A DNA stretch of 62,946 bases from Methanobacteriota archaeon (GTDB taxonomy: Archaea > Thermoplasmatota > Thermoplasmata > RBG-16-68-12): contig VBLT01000120.1 of assembly GCA_005878615.1 (NCBI GenBank), positions 1 through 62,946 on the forward strand, written 5' to 3'. Both the position numbers and the translations under genes were made by a program. The notes beneath the pieces are model-generated. The model had not been told where the DNA came from. It did no database searches and saw only the letters and a list, made by a program, of their open reading frames with translations. Positions 1 to 10,184 of the stretch are shown one piece after another (position 1 is the first letter of the stretch; the number at the start of each line of letters is the position of its first letter).

Positions 1-66
1 CCCGGGGGCCGTATTAATAGTCTCCTCGCCGAGAATCTCCGGCGGCAGAAAAGGGACCGGCGCAGC

Positions 67-213
67 CTACTTCGCGGCGCCGATTCGCATGATCGTCGTA
101 CCGCAGACCGGGCATTTTCCTTTCATCGCGGGCTTGCCGTTTTTCAGCTTCACGGCCACCGCGCTGCTGATCTCCCGCTTTGCCCGGCACTTCACGCAAT
201 AGCCTTGGACCAT
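67..213 (-). CDS. Small basic Zn-ribbon protein (DUF5679-like, possible chromatin protein)
   Basis: MVQGYCVKCRAKREI...KNGKPAMKGKCPVCGTTIMRIG; two CxxC pairs, Lys-rich; ATG at 213 with GGTGA upstream. Confidence 0.8.
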   Translation of the reverse strand: MVQGYCVKCRAKREISSAVAVKLKNGKPAMKGKCPVCGTTIMRIGAAK

Positions 214-350
214 GGGGGAATCACCGACGAGGCAACAGGTACCCCCTGATAAAAGGTGTGGTAGCGAAAAGGTCATTCCCCCCACCCGGTTGCGCAATAC
301 TTTTATAATGGGATTTTGATACAACTCGCAAGATTGGGAGCGGATCGGCT

Positions 351-761
351 GTGAGTGAGAAGCCAACTGCAGGTTTTGTTGTGTCTTTGATTGCGGGAAT
401 CTTCATTCTGCTTGGTGCCATCTTCATGATGGTCCTGTCGTCGATGATTGGCGGTTTCGCGCTTGGGGTCGGCGCGGGCGCCGCGGCGGGCATCTTCCTA
501 ATCTACGGGGCCGTCGGCCTCATCTTCGCAATTCTGGTCCTGGTCGGCGCCGTGATGTTGTGGATGAAACCGCAGAGCCACGTGGCGGCCGGCGTGATCA
601 TCCTGCTCTTCTCGCTGTTCAGCATCATCAGCGGAGGCGGGTTCATCATCGGGCTGATCTTGGGAATCGTCGGAGGCATCCTGGGCATCGTATGGAAGCC
701 GCCGGCACCGATGGCCCCCGGCATGATGCAGCCGATGCCACCGAGCATGCCGCCGCAATAG
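351..761 (+). CDS. Small multi-pass membrane protein with Pro/Met-rich tail
   Basis: About 4 hydrophobic segments, GGGFIIGLILGIVGG motif; TTTTATAA promoter-like element near 301. Confidence 0.75.
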   Translation: MSEKPTAGFVVSLIAGIFILLGAIFMMVLSSMIGGFALGVGAGAAAGIFLIYGAVGLIFAILVLVGAVMLWMKPQSHVAAGVIILLFSLFSIISGGGFIIGLILGIVGGILGIVWKPPAPMAPGMMQPMPPSMPPQ

Positions 762-855
762 AACTGCGGACACGGTCGATCGAAGGGCGGCGGGGCGATC
801 CCCCGCCGCTCGCAACCTAACGGCGGGAGACAGGTTCGCGGAGAGGCGAAACCCG

Positions 856-871
856 TTATCGGTTCTGATAG
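856..871. promoter_or_regulatory. Possible TTATC-N6-GATAA-type operator (TTATCGGTTCTGATAG)
   Basis: Same architecture as the palindromes upstream of the three small GTPases; intergenic. Confidence 0.35.
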
Positions 872-923
872 CTTCGGCGAAGCATAGTTATGGCATAGCC
901 GTCTCCCACGCTCGGCGTTTGAA

Positions 924-1310
924 CTGGCCGCTTACCCCGTCTCTCCTGCCGCGCCGACCCGATCGCGTCCGATCGGGGTGACGATCCTCGCCGTCCTCAC
1001 GATCCTCGGGGGAGTCCTCCTCCTGCTCCTCGGCATCGTCGTGGTCGCCTTTTCGTCCTTGCTCGTCGGCGTCGGTCTCCCTCTCGGCTTCGGCCTGACC
1101 GGGAGCGTCCTGGGGGCGATCGTCCTCATCTTCGGGATCATCTGGATCGCGGTCGGCTCGGGTCTCCTGAACCTTCGACCATGGGCCTGGTGGCTGGCGA
1201 TCATCGTCATGGTCCTCTCGATCGTCGGGAGCATCGGCTCGCCGATTTCGGCGATTATCCCGGGTCTGATCCTGGTATACCTGATTCTTGTGCGGCACCA
1301 CTTCCGTTGA
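924..1310 (+). CDS. Membrane protein (RPxGVTILA-type), probable CTG start at 924; GTG alternative at 978
   Basis: Frame is open from CTG924 and includes RPIGVTILAVL; about 4 TM helices. Confidence 0.7.
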   Translation: MAAYPVSPAAPTRSRPIGVTILAVLTILGGVLLLLLGIVVVAFSSLLVGVGLPLGFGLTGSVLGAIVLIFGIIWIAVGSGLLNLRPWAWWLAIIVMVLSIVGSIGSPISAIIPGLILVYLILVRHHFR

Positions 1311-1379
1311 GCGGTCTCCTCTGGCGAGGGACGAAACCTTTTTAGAGGCCCGCCCTTTCGTCGCAACGGAGACGTTTTC

Positions 1380-1562
1380 GTGATTCTCACTCGTTTTGAG
1401 CGAGCCCGCATCCTCGGCGCCCGGGCGTTGCAGATTTCCCTCGGGGCGCCTTCGCTCCTCCTCTCCGAAGCGATCGCGGAGCCCCTCGATATCGCGATCC
1501 GCGAGCTCGCGTCGGGCCGTGGGCCCCTCAGCGTCTCGAGGTTCCGGGATGCCTTCGATTGA
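1380..1562 (+). CDS. rpoK: RNA polymerase subunit K (Rpo6)
   Basis: [22 protein letters not shown] signature. Confidence 0.93.
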   Translation: MILTRFERARILGARALQISLGAPSLLLSEAIAEPLDIAIRELASGRGPLSVSRFRDAFD

Positions 1563-2760
1563 CGGGGCGGTCATCCGGAAGATCCTCGACAGCCGCGGGA
1601 ACCCGACCGTCGAAGTCGAGATTCGATCGGGGACCTTGGCCGGCCGGGTTGCAGCCCCGAGCGGCGCGAGCACCGGCGCCCACGAACCTCCCGCATGGCC
1701 CAAGGGCGGCGTCGACAAGGCGATCCAAATCTTTCGGTCCTCCATCGCGGGCCGGTTGAAAGGGCGGGACGTCGCGGACCAATCGGCCCTCGACCGGCTC
1801 CTCCGTGAGATCGACGGCACGCCGAACTTCGAGAAGATTGGCGCCAACACCGCGACCGCGACCTCGCTCGCATCGGCCAAGGCCGCGGCGGCGGCTGCGG
1901 GAAAACCGCTGTACCGATATCTCGCGGGCGCCGGCCGTCCCGTCATGCCGCTCCCCTTTGGGAACGTGATCGGGGGCGGCCGCCACGCCGTGGGCGGGAC
2001 GACGATCCAAGAATTCATGGTCGTCTCGCAGGGACCGACCTTGCAGGGCAATGTCTTCGCAAATGCCCGCGTGCATCAACACGTCCGCGACGCGCTGACG
2101 AAGAAGTTGCCCGATGTCCCGCTCGGGAGAGGCGATGAAGGCGCGTGGATTGCGCGCCTCGGCGACGAAGATGCGCTGGGCCTACTCGCCGACGTCTGCC
2201 GTGGCGTGCAAAAAGACGTCGGGTTCGCCGTTCGGCCCGCCTTGGACCTCGCGGCCTCCGAATTCTTCCGGGACGGAAAGTACCATTATCGCGACACGAC
2301 CCTCGCGCGAGGCGCCCAGGTCGATTTCGTCGAGCGCCTCGTGCGCGACTACGGCCTTTTCAGCGTCGAGGATCCGTTCGACCAGGAGGACTTCGATGCG
2401 TTCTCCGAGCTGACGAAGCGCGTCGGGACGCGCTGCAAGATCATCGGTGACGACATCTTCGTGACGAACGTCGAGCGCTTGCGTCGAGGAATCGAACTCC
2501 ATGCGGGCAACGCTATCCTTATTAAGCCGAACCAAATTGGGACGCTCTCCGACACGCGGGCGGCCGTGGACCTGGCCCATCGCTCCGGATTCGCGACCGT
2601 CATGTCGCATCGGTCCGGCGAGACGACAGACGACACGATCGCCCATCTCGCCGTCGCCTTCGGGTGCCTCGGCATCAAGACCGGCGCGGTCGGAGGCGAG
2701 CGGATCGCGAAGTTGAACGAGCTCATCCGGATCGAAGAGGAACTCCAGGCAGGCGCATGA
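1549..2760 (+). CDS. eno: Enolase
   Basis: [38 protein letters not shown] motifs. Confidence 0.96.
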   Translation: MPSIDGAVIRKILDSRGNPTVEVEIRSGTLAGRVAAPSGASTGAHEPPAWPKGGVDKAIQIFRSSIAGRLKGRDVADQSALDRLLREIDGTPNFEKIGANTATATSLASAKAAAAAAGKPLYRYLAGAGRPVMPLPFGNVIGGGRHAVGGTTIQEFMVVSQGPTLQGNVFANARVHQHVRDALTKKLPDVPLGRGDEGAWIARLGDEDALGLLADVCRGVQKDVGFAVRPALDLAASEFFRDGKYHYRDTTLARGAQVDFVERLVRDYGLFSVEDPFDQEDFDAFSELTKRVGTRCKIIGDDIFVTNVERLRRGIELHAGNAILIKPNQIGTLSDTRAAVDLAHRSGFATVMSHRSGETTDDTIAHLAVAFGCLGIKTGAVGGERIAKLNELIRIEEELQAGA

Positions 2761-3380
2761 TGCAGGAAGAGGAGCAGACCGGTGTCCAGGGACTCCTGGT
2801 CCCCGAGGACGTCTACCTGACGTCCGGCGTCCACATCGGCACGCAGCAGAAAAGCGCCGACATGAAGCCTTTCATCTACAAGGTGCGGATCGACGGCCTG
2901 TACGTCCTCGACATCAAGAAGACGGACACGCGGATCCGCGAGGCCGCGAAGTTCCTCGCGCGGTTCAAGCCGGAGAACACCCTCGTCGTGGCGGCGCGGC
3001 AATACGGACAGAAGCCCTCGCGGCTGTTCGCGAAGCAGATCGGGGCGAAGGTACTCGCGGGCCGCTTCGTCCCCGGAACCCTCACGAATCCGAATCTCCC
3101 GGAGTTCATCGAGCCCGAGGTGCTCGTCGTCACCGACCCGGCCGCGGATCAGCAGGCCCTCCGAGAGGCGCTGAACATCGGCATCCCGGTCGTCGCCTTG
3201 TGCGACGCGAACAACGAAACGCGCGACGTGGACCTCGTCATCCCGACGAACAACAAGGGGCGCCGGGCCCTGGCGACGATCTACTGGCTGCTCACCCGCG
3301 AGGTCGCCAAGGCCCGCGGAGCCCTGAAGTCGGACGAAGAGTTTACCTTGACGATCGATGATTACGAAGCGTCCCTCTGA
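2757..3380 (+). CDS. rps2: 30S ribosomal protein S2
   Basis: [38 protein letters not shown] overlap with eno. Confidence 0.97.
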   Translation: MMQEEEQTGVQGLLVPEDVYLTSGVHIGTQQKSADMKPFIYKVRIDGLYVLDIKKTDTRIREAAKFLARFKPENTLVVAARQYGQKPSRLFAKQIGAKVLAGRFVPGTLTNPNLPEFIEPEVLVVTDPAADQQALREALNIGIPVVALCDANNETRDVDLVIPTNNKGRRALATIYWLLTREVAKARGALKSDEEFTLTIDDYEASL

Positions 3381-3391
3381 AGGGCGCCTCG

Positions 3392-4255
3392 ATGCGATAT
3401 CCGGCCGTGGCGGGAGCTTTCTACGAACGCTCGAAGGAGGCCCTCCTCCGCCAGGTTCGCGAGTGCTACACCCATCCGCTGGGTCCGGGCCGCGTCCCCA
3501 CGGTGCGGGCCGGCGAACGTCGGATCCTCGGGCTCGTCGTGCCGCACGCCGGCTACTTGTACTCGGGCCCGGTCGCCGCGCATGCGTATGCTGCGCTCGC
3601 GGCGGACGGCTGGCCCTCGTCCTTCGTGATCCTCGGCCCGAACCACCATGGCGCCGGGGCGCCGCTGGCGGTCACGAACCACGACTGGCAGACGCCCCTC
3701 GGGACCGTGCCCGTTGACCCGGAGGTGTATGCCCGACTCGCGAAGCCGCCCCTGGAGGACGACATCCGGGCGCACCGAGACGAGCACAGCATCGAAGTCC
3801 AGCTGCCCTTCCTGCAACAGCTGAAAGACGACCTGCGGTTCGTCCCCATCTGCATGGCCTTCCAGGAGTACGAAGTCGCGGCGGAGGTCGGCGGCCTCGT
3901 GGCCGACGCCGCGAAGGGACGGGATTGCGTCGTCATCGCGTCCTCCGACTTCACCCACGTCGGCCCGCAGTACTTCCAGCTGCCCACGCGCGGGCTGACC
4001 GCACCGGCCTTCGCGAAGGAGCAGGACGCCAAGGCGATCGAGAGGATCCTCGCCCTCGACCCGAAGGGATTCTCAGGGAAAGTGGCCCAATCGGAGATCT
4101 CGATGTGCGGGTACGGCCCCGTGGCCGCGATGCTGACGGCTACAAAACAGCTAGGTGCCAAGGCCGCGACCCTCCTGAAGTACGGGACCTCGAGCGACGT
4201 GAGCCACGACGGGCGCACGGCCGTCGGCTACGGGGCGATCGCGGTCTACCGCTGA
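3392..4255 (+). CDS. MEMO1-family protein (AmmeMemoRadiSam protein B)
   Basis: RYPAVAGAFY, PHAGYLYSG, GPNHHG, EHSIEVQLPF, SSDFTH, MCGYGP. Confidence 0.92.
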   Translation: MRYPAVAGAFYERSKEALLRQVRECYTHPLGPGRVPTVRAGERRILGLVVPHAGYLYSGPVAAHAYAALAADGWPSSFVILGPNHHGAGAPLAVTNHDWQTPLGTVPVDPEVYARLAKPPLEDDIRAHRDEHSIEVQLPFLQQLKDDLRFVPICMAFQEYEVAAEVGGLVADAAKGRDCVVIASSDFTHVGPQYFQLPTRGLTAPAFAKEQDAKAIERILALDPKGFSGKVAQSEISMCGYGPVAAMLTATKQLGAKAATLLKYGTSSDVSHDGRTAVGYGAIAVYR

Positions 4256-4578
4256 TCCGTCTCCGCGTCGATCCAGTCGAGGTACGCGGGCAGGGCGGGC
4301 CCCATCGGGTAGGAGACGATGCACGGGACCTCGTGCGGATGGAGCCCGCGGACCGCCGCGATGAGCTTCCGGAGGAGCGCCTTCCGCGTCTTGAAGACGA
4401 TCACGAATTCGCCGGTCTCCTCGCGATGTCCGCGCCACCGGTAGATCGATTCGACGGGCCAGAGGTTCGCACAGGCCGCCAGGCGCCGTTCCACGATCGT
4501 CCGTGCGATCTTGCGCGCGGTCGTCCGGTCCGGAGCCGTCACGTACGCCATCGCATGCGGTCCCCGTCGACGCGCCAC
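4246..4578 (-). CDS. cutA: Divalent-cation tolerance protein CutA
   Basis: YVTAPD...ERRLAACAN...SIYRWRG...LHPHEVPCI; start uncertain (GTG4578 or ATG4551). Confidence 0.88.
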   Translation of the reverse strand: MARRRGPHAMAYVTAPDRTTARKIARTIVERRLAACANLWPVESIYRWRGHREETGEFVIVFKTRKALLRKLIAAVRGLHPHEVPCIVSYPMGPALPAYLDWIDAETDQR

Positions 4579-4669
4579 TCTCGTACCTCTCACTCCCGGT
4601 ATCAGGGTCAGGAACAGGAATGGCCTCGACGGCCTTTTAAGTGGACGTCCTCGTGGGTACGACGGTCCC

Positions 4670-5053
4670 ATGCCCGTCGTGACGATGTCCGAGACGGTCG
4701 CCGCCCTTCGGGCCACGGTGGGCAAGCGCGGCATGTCGGAGGACGACCTGCGGGCCCTGGCCGACTACCTGATGTCCTTCTTCGGGTTCGAGACGGAGGC
4801 GATCGACAACAACCTCGACGTGGCGGACCGCGACGTCTTCTACATGCTCGAGGAAGCGGGCCTCCTGACGACACGGCAGGAAGAGGTCATGATCAAGAAG
4901 GGCAAGATGTGGCGCATCCACTACTGGATCCTCCGCGTGGAGCGCATCAAGACGCTCGCGAAGCCGCAGCGTCCAAAGGCCGAGCCCTCCGCCTTCGCGG
5001 TGTACGACGACTTGCCCGACGACATCTGGAACCGCCAAGTGACCGCGAGATAG
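4670..5053 (+). CDS. DUF6015-like conserved Thermoplasmata protein
   Basis: MSFFGF..IDNNL...DRDVFYMLEEAGLLTT.QEEV...KGKMWRIHYW; TTTTAA about 30 bp upstream. Confidence 0.75.
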   Translation: MPVVTMSETVAALRATVGKRGMSEDDLRALADYLMSFFGFETEAIDNNLDVADRDVFYMLEEAGLLTTRQEEVMIKKGKMWRIHYWILRVERIKTLAKPQRPKAEPSAFAVYDDLPDDIWNRQVTAR

Positions 5054-5089
5054 GTTGAAATATTCCCGAAGGTTCGTTCGGAGCCGCGC

Positions 5090-6436
5090 ATGGCCGTCCT
5101 CGATTCCATCCTGATCGCGGCGGCCGCGATCGTCCTCTGGTGCCTCCTGCTCTACGTGCTCCAGAGTCGGGGGCTCCTCGAGCGTCGGGGCCTGTCGCCT
5201 TCGCCTCCGCCCGCCGGGCCGTTCCTCATGTGGAAGACCGTCCGCGGGAGGCAGCTCATCGACCGCATCGCGCGGCGGAACGTGTTCTGGCGATGGTTCG
5301 GCGACCTCGCGATCGTCCTGGTCGCGGTCACCATGGTCGGGACGACCTTGCTCCTCCTGTGGGAGGCGACCTTGGTCCAAAGTTCGGCGGTCCGCGCGAA
5401 TCCTCCCTCCCCCGAACTCCTCCTCGGCCTTCCGGGGATCAACCCGATCATCCCGGTCGGCTACGGGATCTTCGGCCTGGCCGTGGCGATCATCCTCCAC
5501 GAGTTCTCGCATGGGATCCTCGCGCGCGTCGCCAAGATCCGGATTCGGTCCCTCGGCCTGATCTTCCTGATCTTTCCGATCGGCGCCTTCGTCGAGCCGG
5601 ATGAAGAGGAGCTGCGGGCCCTCCCGCGGCGGGACCGGGCCCGCCTGTTCGCCGCGGGGCCGGCGACGAACATCGTCCTGGCGATCCTCTTCGCGGTGAT
5701 CTTCTCCTCCGTCATGGCGACGTCGGTCCAGCCGGTCCACGACGGCGTCGGCATCGTCGCGTTTCCCCAGAACACGGCGTCTCCGGCGCAGGCCGCCGGG
5801 ATGCAGCCCTTCACGGTCATCACGAGCATCAACGGGCACGACATCCACACGTTCACGGACTTCACCTCGGCCCTCGCGCAGGCGCCGCTCAACCAATCGA
5901 TCCCGGTCGTCGCGTACGATCCGTCCACGGGCGCGAGCACGAACTATTCCGTCATCCTGACGGAACGGAGGGCCGAAACTGGCCGGGCCGTCCTGGGGAT
6001 CCTCGCGTTCGACATGGACACGAGCTACTATCATCCCTTGACGAACCCGGATCGCTTCAACGGCATCCCCGGCGCCATTCTCACCTACATCTCGCTCCCC
6101 TTCCAGGGCCGCTCGCCGATCGATGAACCGACGGTGCGGTTCTACCGCATCACGGGGCTCGCGGCCGCCGTGCCCGCGCCGTTGTTCTGGCTGCTCGCGA
6201 ACACCGCGTACTGGCTCTTCTGGCTGAACGCCATGCTCGGCGCGACGAACGCCCTCCCCGCGGTGCCGCTCGATGGCGGCTACATCTTCAAGGACGGGAT
6301 CGAGGGCTTCCTGTCCCGCATTCGAAAGGGCATCCCCACGGAGCAGCGCGACCGGATCGTGCGGAGCGTGAGCTACAGCTTCGCGTTCCTCATCCTCGGC
6401 CTCGTCCTGTGGCAATTCATCGGGCCGCGGATTTGA
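5090..6436 (+). CDS. Site-2 protease (M50 family) with PDZ-like insert
   Basis: HEFSH zinc motif, GAFVEPDEE, AGPATN, NALPAVPLDGG. Confidence 0.93.
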   Translation: MAVLDSILIAAAAIVLWCLLLYVLQSRGLLERRGLSPSPPPAGPFLMWKTVRGRQLIDRIARRNVFWRWFGDLAIVLVAVTMVGTTLLLLWEATLVQSSAVRANPPSPELLLGLPGINPIIPVGYGIFGLAVAIILHEFSHGILARVAKIRIRSLGLIFLIFPIGAFVEPDEEELRALPRRDRARLFAAGPATNIVLAILFAVIFSSVMATSVQPVHDGVGIVAFPQNTASPAQAAGMQPFTVITSINGHDIHTFTDFTSALAQAPLNQSIPVVAYDPSTGASTNYSVILTERRAETGRAVLGILAFDMDTSYYHPLTNPDRFNGIPGAILTYISLPFQGRSPIDEPTVRFYRITGLAAAVPAPLFWLLANTAYWLFWLNAMLGATNALPAVPLDGGYIFKDGIEGFLSRIRKGIPTEQRDRIVRSVSYSFAFLILGLVLWQFIGPRI

Positions 6437-6442
6437 CTTCCG

Positions 6443-6763
6443 TCAGGGACCGCCTTCGGACGCGACGAGCCCGATGACGCCGGCGACGATCGAGAGAATC
6501 GAGCCGATCTGATTCAACTGGAGGATCAAGGCCACGACTCCGAGGATGATGTCGAGCAGTCCGCCCGAACCGTACTTGCTGCGGTAGATCAACAAGCTCG
6601 CCGCGAGGATCGCGATCCCGAGGACGAGGGGGACGAGCGCCGACAAGATCGCGGCGAGGTCGGAGACCCCCCGAAAGCCCCGGACAGCCTCATTGAGGAT
6701 CAGCAGGCCTCCCACGAGGCCGATGAGCAGGGCGATCAACGCGAGTAGCCGTTTCTCAGTCAT
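6443..6763 (-). CDS. Small membrane protein
   Basis: Four hydrophobic segments. Confidence 0.65.
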   Translation of the reverse strand: MTEKRLLALIALLIGLVGGLLILNEAVRGFRGVSDLAAILSALVPLVLGIAILAASLLIYRSKYGSGGLLDIILGVVALILQLNQIGSILSIVAGVIGLVASEGGP

Positions 6764-6790
6764 ACGGTCCGGCGAACTCCGGAAAGGGCT

Positions 6791-7645
6791 TCAGCCTTTC
6801 TCCAGTCCCCCGACCCCCCAGATTCCGCGAGGATCGCCCGCGAACTCGTCGGTCCCCCACACCATCCGGAGGGCGCGGAAAACTTCCGCAAAGCGGAGCC
6901 CGCGGACGAACTCGAGGAGCGCGTCGTTCGCAGACGGGCCGCTGAAGGCGACCTCGGAAACGCCCGCCGCCAGGACGACGGTGTGGAAAAGGTCTCGAGC
7001 GACCGTCTCCCGCCCGGGCGCCACGACCCAAGGGCCGATCTCACATGCCTCGCCGCTCGGGTTTCCGACGATGACGCCTTGGATCGCGCCGCGCCGTTCG
7101 GCGATCAGAAAGGTCGCAGGCACCTCGTCCACGAGACGATCGAGCAAGGCGCGACGATTCGCTCCGAAATACGCTTGGTCCCACCGCGCCAAGGCTTCCA
7201 GGTCGTCCAGGCGAACCGGCCGGACGGTCCCGAGTCTACCTCTCGTACCCGGAGGCCCGTGCCAGCGGATGACCTCGTATTCGCGACGAAATCCGAGGCG
7301 CTCGTAGAACGGGATCGCGTTCAGGTAGGCATTGAGGCGCACGGACCGGACTCCCTTCCCGCGGAGGTGCTCCAAGGCCGCGTCCATCATCGCCTTCCCG
7401 ATCCCCTTGCCGCGAAGCTCCGGAGTCACGATGACGGCCCCGAGCCAAGCGACGGCGTCGTAGGTCGTCGTCGTCAGGACGCCGACGACGCGCCCGTTCG
7501 ACTCCGCCGCGAAACATCCGTCGGGCGAAAGCGCCAGCAACCGTCGGAAGTCCGCGCGGGTGTAACCCCAATGTTCGAGGTCGGTCAGGGCGATGGCGGC
7601 GTCGATGTCGCGGTCGGTGAGCCGTCGGACGTTCGCTGCTTCCAC
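6791..7645 (-). CDS. GNAT-family N-acetyltransferase (two-domain)
   Basis: VTPELRGKGIGKAMM acetyl-CoA motif, AIPFYERLGF; GGTGA SD before GTG7645. Confidence 0.87.
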   Translation of the reverse strand: MEAANVRRLTDRDIDAAIALTDLEHWGYTRADFRRLLALSPDGCFAAESNGRVVGVLTTTTYDAVAWLGAVIVTPELRGKGIGKAMMDAALEHLRGKGVRSVRLNAYLNAIPFYERLGFRREYEVIRWHGPPGTRGRLGTVRPVRLDDLEALARWDQAYFGANRRALLDRLVDEVPATFLIAERRGAIQGVIVGNPSGEACEIGPWVVAPGRETVARDLFHTVVLAAGVSEVAFSGPSANDALLEFVRGLRFAEVFRALRMVWGTDEFAGDPRGIWGVGGLEKG

Positions 7646-7827
7646 ATCGTCACCCGTCGCTCGAGCTCCTCGAGCTCGTCGCACTCGTGGTAACCGTAGG
7701 TGACGTATCGCTTTTCCTTCCGGAAATGCTTGTACATGCAGGGGCCGTACTCGTCGTCCTCTTGCCCGTACCACTTGTCGCAGTCCTTGCACAGGTGCTT
7801 CTGCGGCAGCTGCGCTTGGAGTTCCAC
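7585..7827 (-). CDS. Small Cys-rich hypothetical protein
   Basis: GTG overlaps the infB stop; HLCKDCDKWYG...GPCMYKH...HECDE. Confidence 0.6.
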   Translation of the reverse strand: MELQAQLPQKHLCKDCDKWYGQEDDEYGPCMYKHFRKEKRYVTYGYHECDELEELERRVTMWKQRTSDGSPTATSTPPSP

Positions 7828-9587
7828 TACATGCCCCAAAACGGGTCCTCCTTTCGTTTGATCTTCGCGAGTTCTTCGAGGGCGGCGACCTCGTCCGGGT
7901 TCAGGTCCTTCCGGCCGCGGAGGGCCCGGGCGTCCGCCTCGGGGAGGTCCACGTAGAGGACGTCGCCGGGCTCGATCTGTCGGCCGATCGTGACCCCGTC
8001 GACGGAGACCGCGACCTCCTGTCCCGCGCTCGCTCCGTCGAGGCTCTTCTCGCCGCTCCGGATCGCCTTGATCCGACCGAGGGTCCGTCCGTCTTTCCGC
8101 ACGAGCGATTCCCCGCTCCGGATGCGCCCGGCGAGGACGCGCACGCCGAAGATCGCGGGCTTCGAGGTCCGGAAGATGTGGTCCGGCAGGAACAGTAGCT
8201 TCGCCGGGTACGCGATTTCCTTGCGGCTCGCCTCCTCCAGCTGCCGCTTCCGCTCGTCCCGCCAGGCCTGGTAGTCTTCGATCAGGCGGTAGATGATGTC
8301 GCTCTCCAGCAGCTTGACGTCGTCGAGTTCCTGCAGCGCGACCTTGGCGTCCGGGAGGATCTCCAGGTTGAAGGCGAGGATCGCGCGGTGGAGCGGGTTC
8401 TTGACCGTCGCGGCGTCCGTCACGTCGCGCCGGGAGACGGGCCCGAGGCGCGCGAACTTGATCGGGATGCCCGCCTGCTTGCATTCGTAGGCGAGGCCTT
8501 CGAGGGAGCCGATTGCGTCCGCCTTCACGAGGATCCCGTCGTCCTGCGTCTCGATGTGGACCTGCGACTCCTTCGCGACCTCCTCGATCGCCGCGGCGAG
8601 GTCGCCCTTCGCGGCCCGGAGGGGTGCACCCGCGACCGCGCGTTCGAGCCCGCTGCCGAGGATCTTGACGCCGGCCGCGGCGGAGACGGACGGGACGGAA
8701 TCGAAGCGCTCCTGCGGGTCGCGGATCTCGTCGAGCGGCTTCGGCTTCAGGAGGGCCTTCACCTTCGTGGTGCCTGGCTTCCCGGTCGTCCCGAACACGA
8801 TCGTGTCGCCTTTCGACAAGCTGCTTTGGTAGAGGATCGCGTCGACGGTCGTCCCCAGGCCCTTTTCCTCCTTGACCTCGAGGATCGTGCCGACCGCGGG
8901 CCCTTCCGTCGCGGCGAGCTGGGATTCCAGGAACCGCTGCGCCAGGCCGATGAGTGTGAGGAGGAGGTCGGGGACTCCCTCGCCGAACTTCGCGCTCACC
9001 GGCACGACGGCGATGTTCGTCGTGAAGTCGGCGACACGGTCGTATCGCTCCGCCGAGAATCCATGTTCGAAGAGGCGGCCGATCAGCTCGTACATGCGCT
9101 TGTCGAGCTCGTCCCGGACGGACTCCGCTTGGTCCCGATAGGAGACGACGAAGGGCTGGCCCTCATGCTTCCGCCATCCGGGCACGAGGTCGATCTTGTT
9201 GGCCGCGACGACGAACGGCGTCTTGTACCGTTTCAGGATGTTCAGGCTCTCGATTGTCTGCGGCCGGAACCCCTCGTTGACGTCGATGACGAGGACCGCG
9301 AGATCCGCGAGGGCTCCGCCGCGGGCCCGCAAGGTCGAGAAGGCGACGTGACCGGGCGTGTCGATGAACAAGAGGCCGGGGATTCGAAACGACTTGCCCT
9401 TCACCAGGTCGCCGCACATCTCCAGGATCGCCGAAAGCGGGACCTCCGTGGCGCCGATATGTTGGGTGATGCCTCCGGCCTCGCGGCCTGCGACGCCGGT
9501 CCCGCGGATCCGGTCGAGCAACGTGGTCTTCCCGTGGTCCACGTGCCCGAGGACGGAGACGATGGGCTGGCGGATGGAGGGGGCCAT
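7827..9587 (-). CDS. infB: Translation initiation factor aIF5B (IF-2)
   Basis: IRQPIVSVLGHVDHGKT, GGITQHIGA, DTPGH, NKID. Confidence 0.97.
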   Translation of the reverse strand: MAPSIRQPIVSVLGHVDHGKTTLLDRIRGTGVAGREAGGITQHIGATEVPLSAILEMCGDLVKGKSFRIPGLLFIDTPGHVAFSTLRARGGALADLAVLVIDVNEGFRPQTIESLNILKRYKTPFVVAANKIDLVPGWRKHEGQPFVVSYRDQAESVRDELDKRMYELIGRLFEHGFSAERYDRVADFTTNIAVVPVSAKFGEGVPDLLLTLIGLAQRFLESQLAATEGPAVGTILEVKEEKGLGTTVDAILYQSSLSKGDTIVFGTTGKPGTTKVKALLKPKPLDEIRDPQERFDSVPSVSAAAGVKILGSGLERAVAGAPLRAAKGDLAAAIEEVAKESQVHIETQDDGILVKADAIGSLEGLAYECKQAGIPIKFARLGPVSRRDVTDAATVKNPLHRAILAFNLEILPDAKVALQELDDVKLLESDIIYRLIEDYQAWRDERKRQLEEASRKEIAYPAKLLFLPDHIFRTSKPAIFGVRVLAGRIRSGESLVRKDGRTLGRIKAIRSGEKSLDGASAGQEVAVSVDGVTIGRQIEPGDVLYVDLPEADARALRGRKDLNPDEVAALEELAKIKRKEDPFWGM

Positions 9588-9635
9588 ACGCCGCGCATCA
9601 AGAATCCGACGCTACTTGAAGGTTCGTCCCTCGGC

Positions 9636-10136
9636 TCAGTAGTGGTCTGGGACCGGGCCACCCCACTCTTCCTCCGGATGGTCGTAGAGGCAGAAGAAAA
9701 TCCCGTCCGGGTCCTGGATGTAGACAATGCGGTGGCCGCTCCGGCCAAGCCAAACATCCTCCTCCATGAGTTTCCGGAATTTCGGATCCTCTTTCAGTTT
9801 CGCGACCGCCGGTCGATTGACCCAGAGCTTCTTCGTCGCCGGGAGGATGCCGAGCTTCTTGAGCCGCTCCATCGTCTCCGGCACGCTCTTGACACGGACC
9901 TCGAAGTGGTCCAACGACTCCCCCACGACGTAGGGAGCCCAGAAGGGATTGCTCTCCGCGTACCAATTGAGCTCCAGCCGCTGGCCGGAATGCCGATCCT
10001 TGAACAGGACGTACGTGCTCTCGACGTCCCCGCCGCGGTCGATCTCTTCGAGATCGAAGACCTTCGTGTAAAAATCGATGGACTTCTCCAAATTGGTGAC
10101 GCGAATTCCAACGTCGCCGAGCCAGAGGTCGTGCAT
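9636..10136 (-). CDS. VOC/glyoxalase-family protein
   Basis: VGIRVTNLEKSIDFY...RLEL...LDHF...YIQDPDG. Confidence 0.85.
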   Translation of the reverse strand: MHDLWLGDVGIRVTNLEKSIDFYTKVFDLEEIDRGGDVESTYVLFKDRHSGQRLELNWYAESNPFWAPYVVGESLDHFEVRVKSVPETMERLKKLGILPATKKLWVNRPAVAKLKEDPKFRKLMEEDVWLGRSGHRIVYIQDPDGIFFCLYDHPEEEWGGPVPDHY

Positions 10137-10184
10137 GATCAGCGAGGGGTCGCCCCGACCGAAGAACGTTTCCCCGGCATTTGG

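Noticed and set aside
787..809. GC hairpin GCGGCGGGG-CGATC-CCCCGCCGC after the membrane protein gene
   Set aside because: Single hairpin with no U-tract and no other copy seen; plausible 3' end structure only
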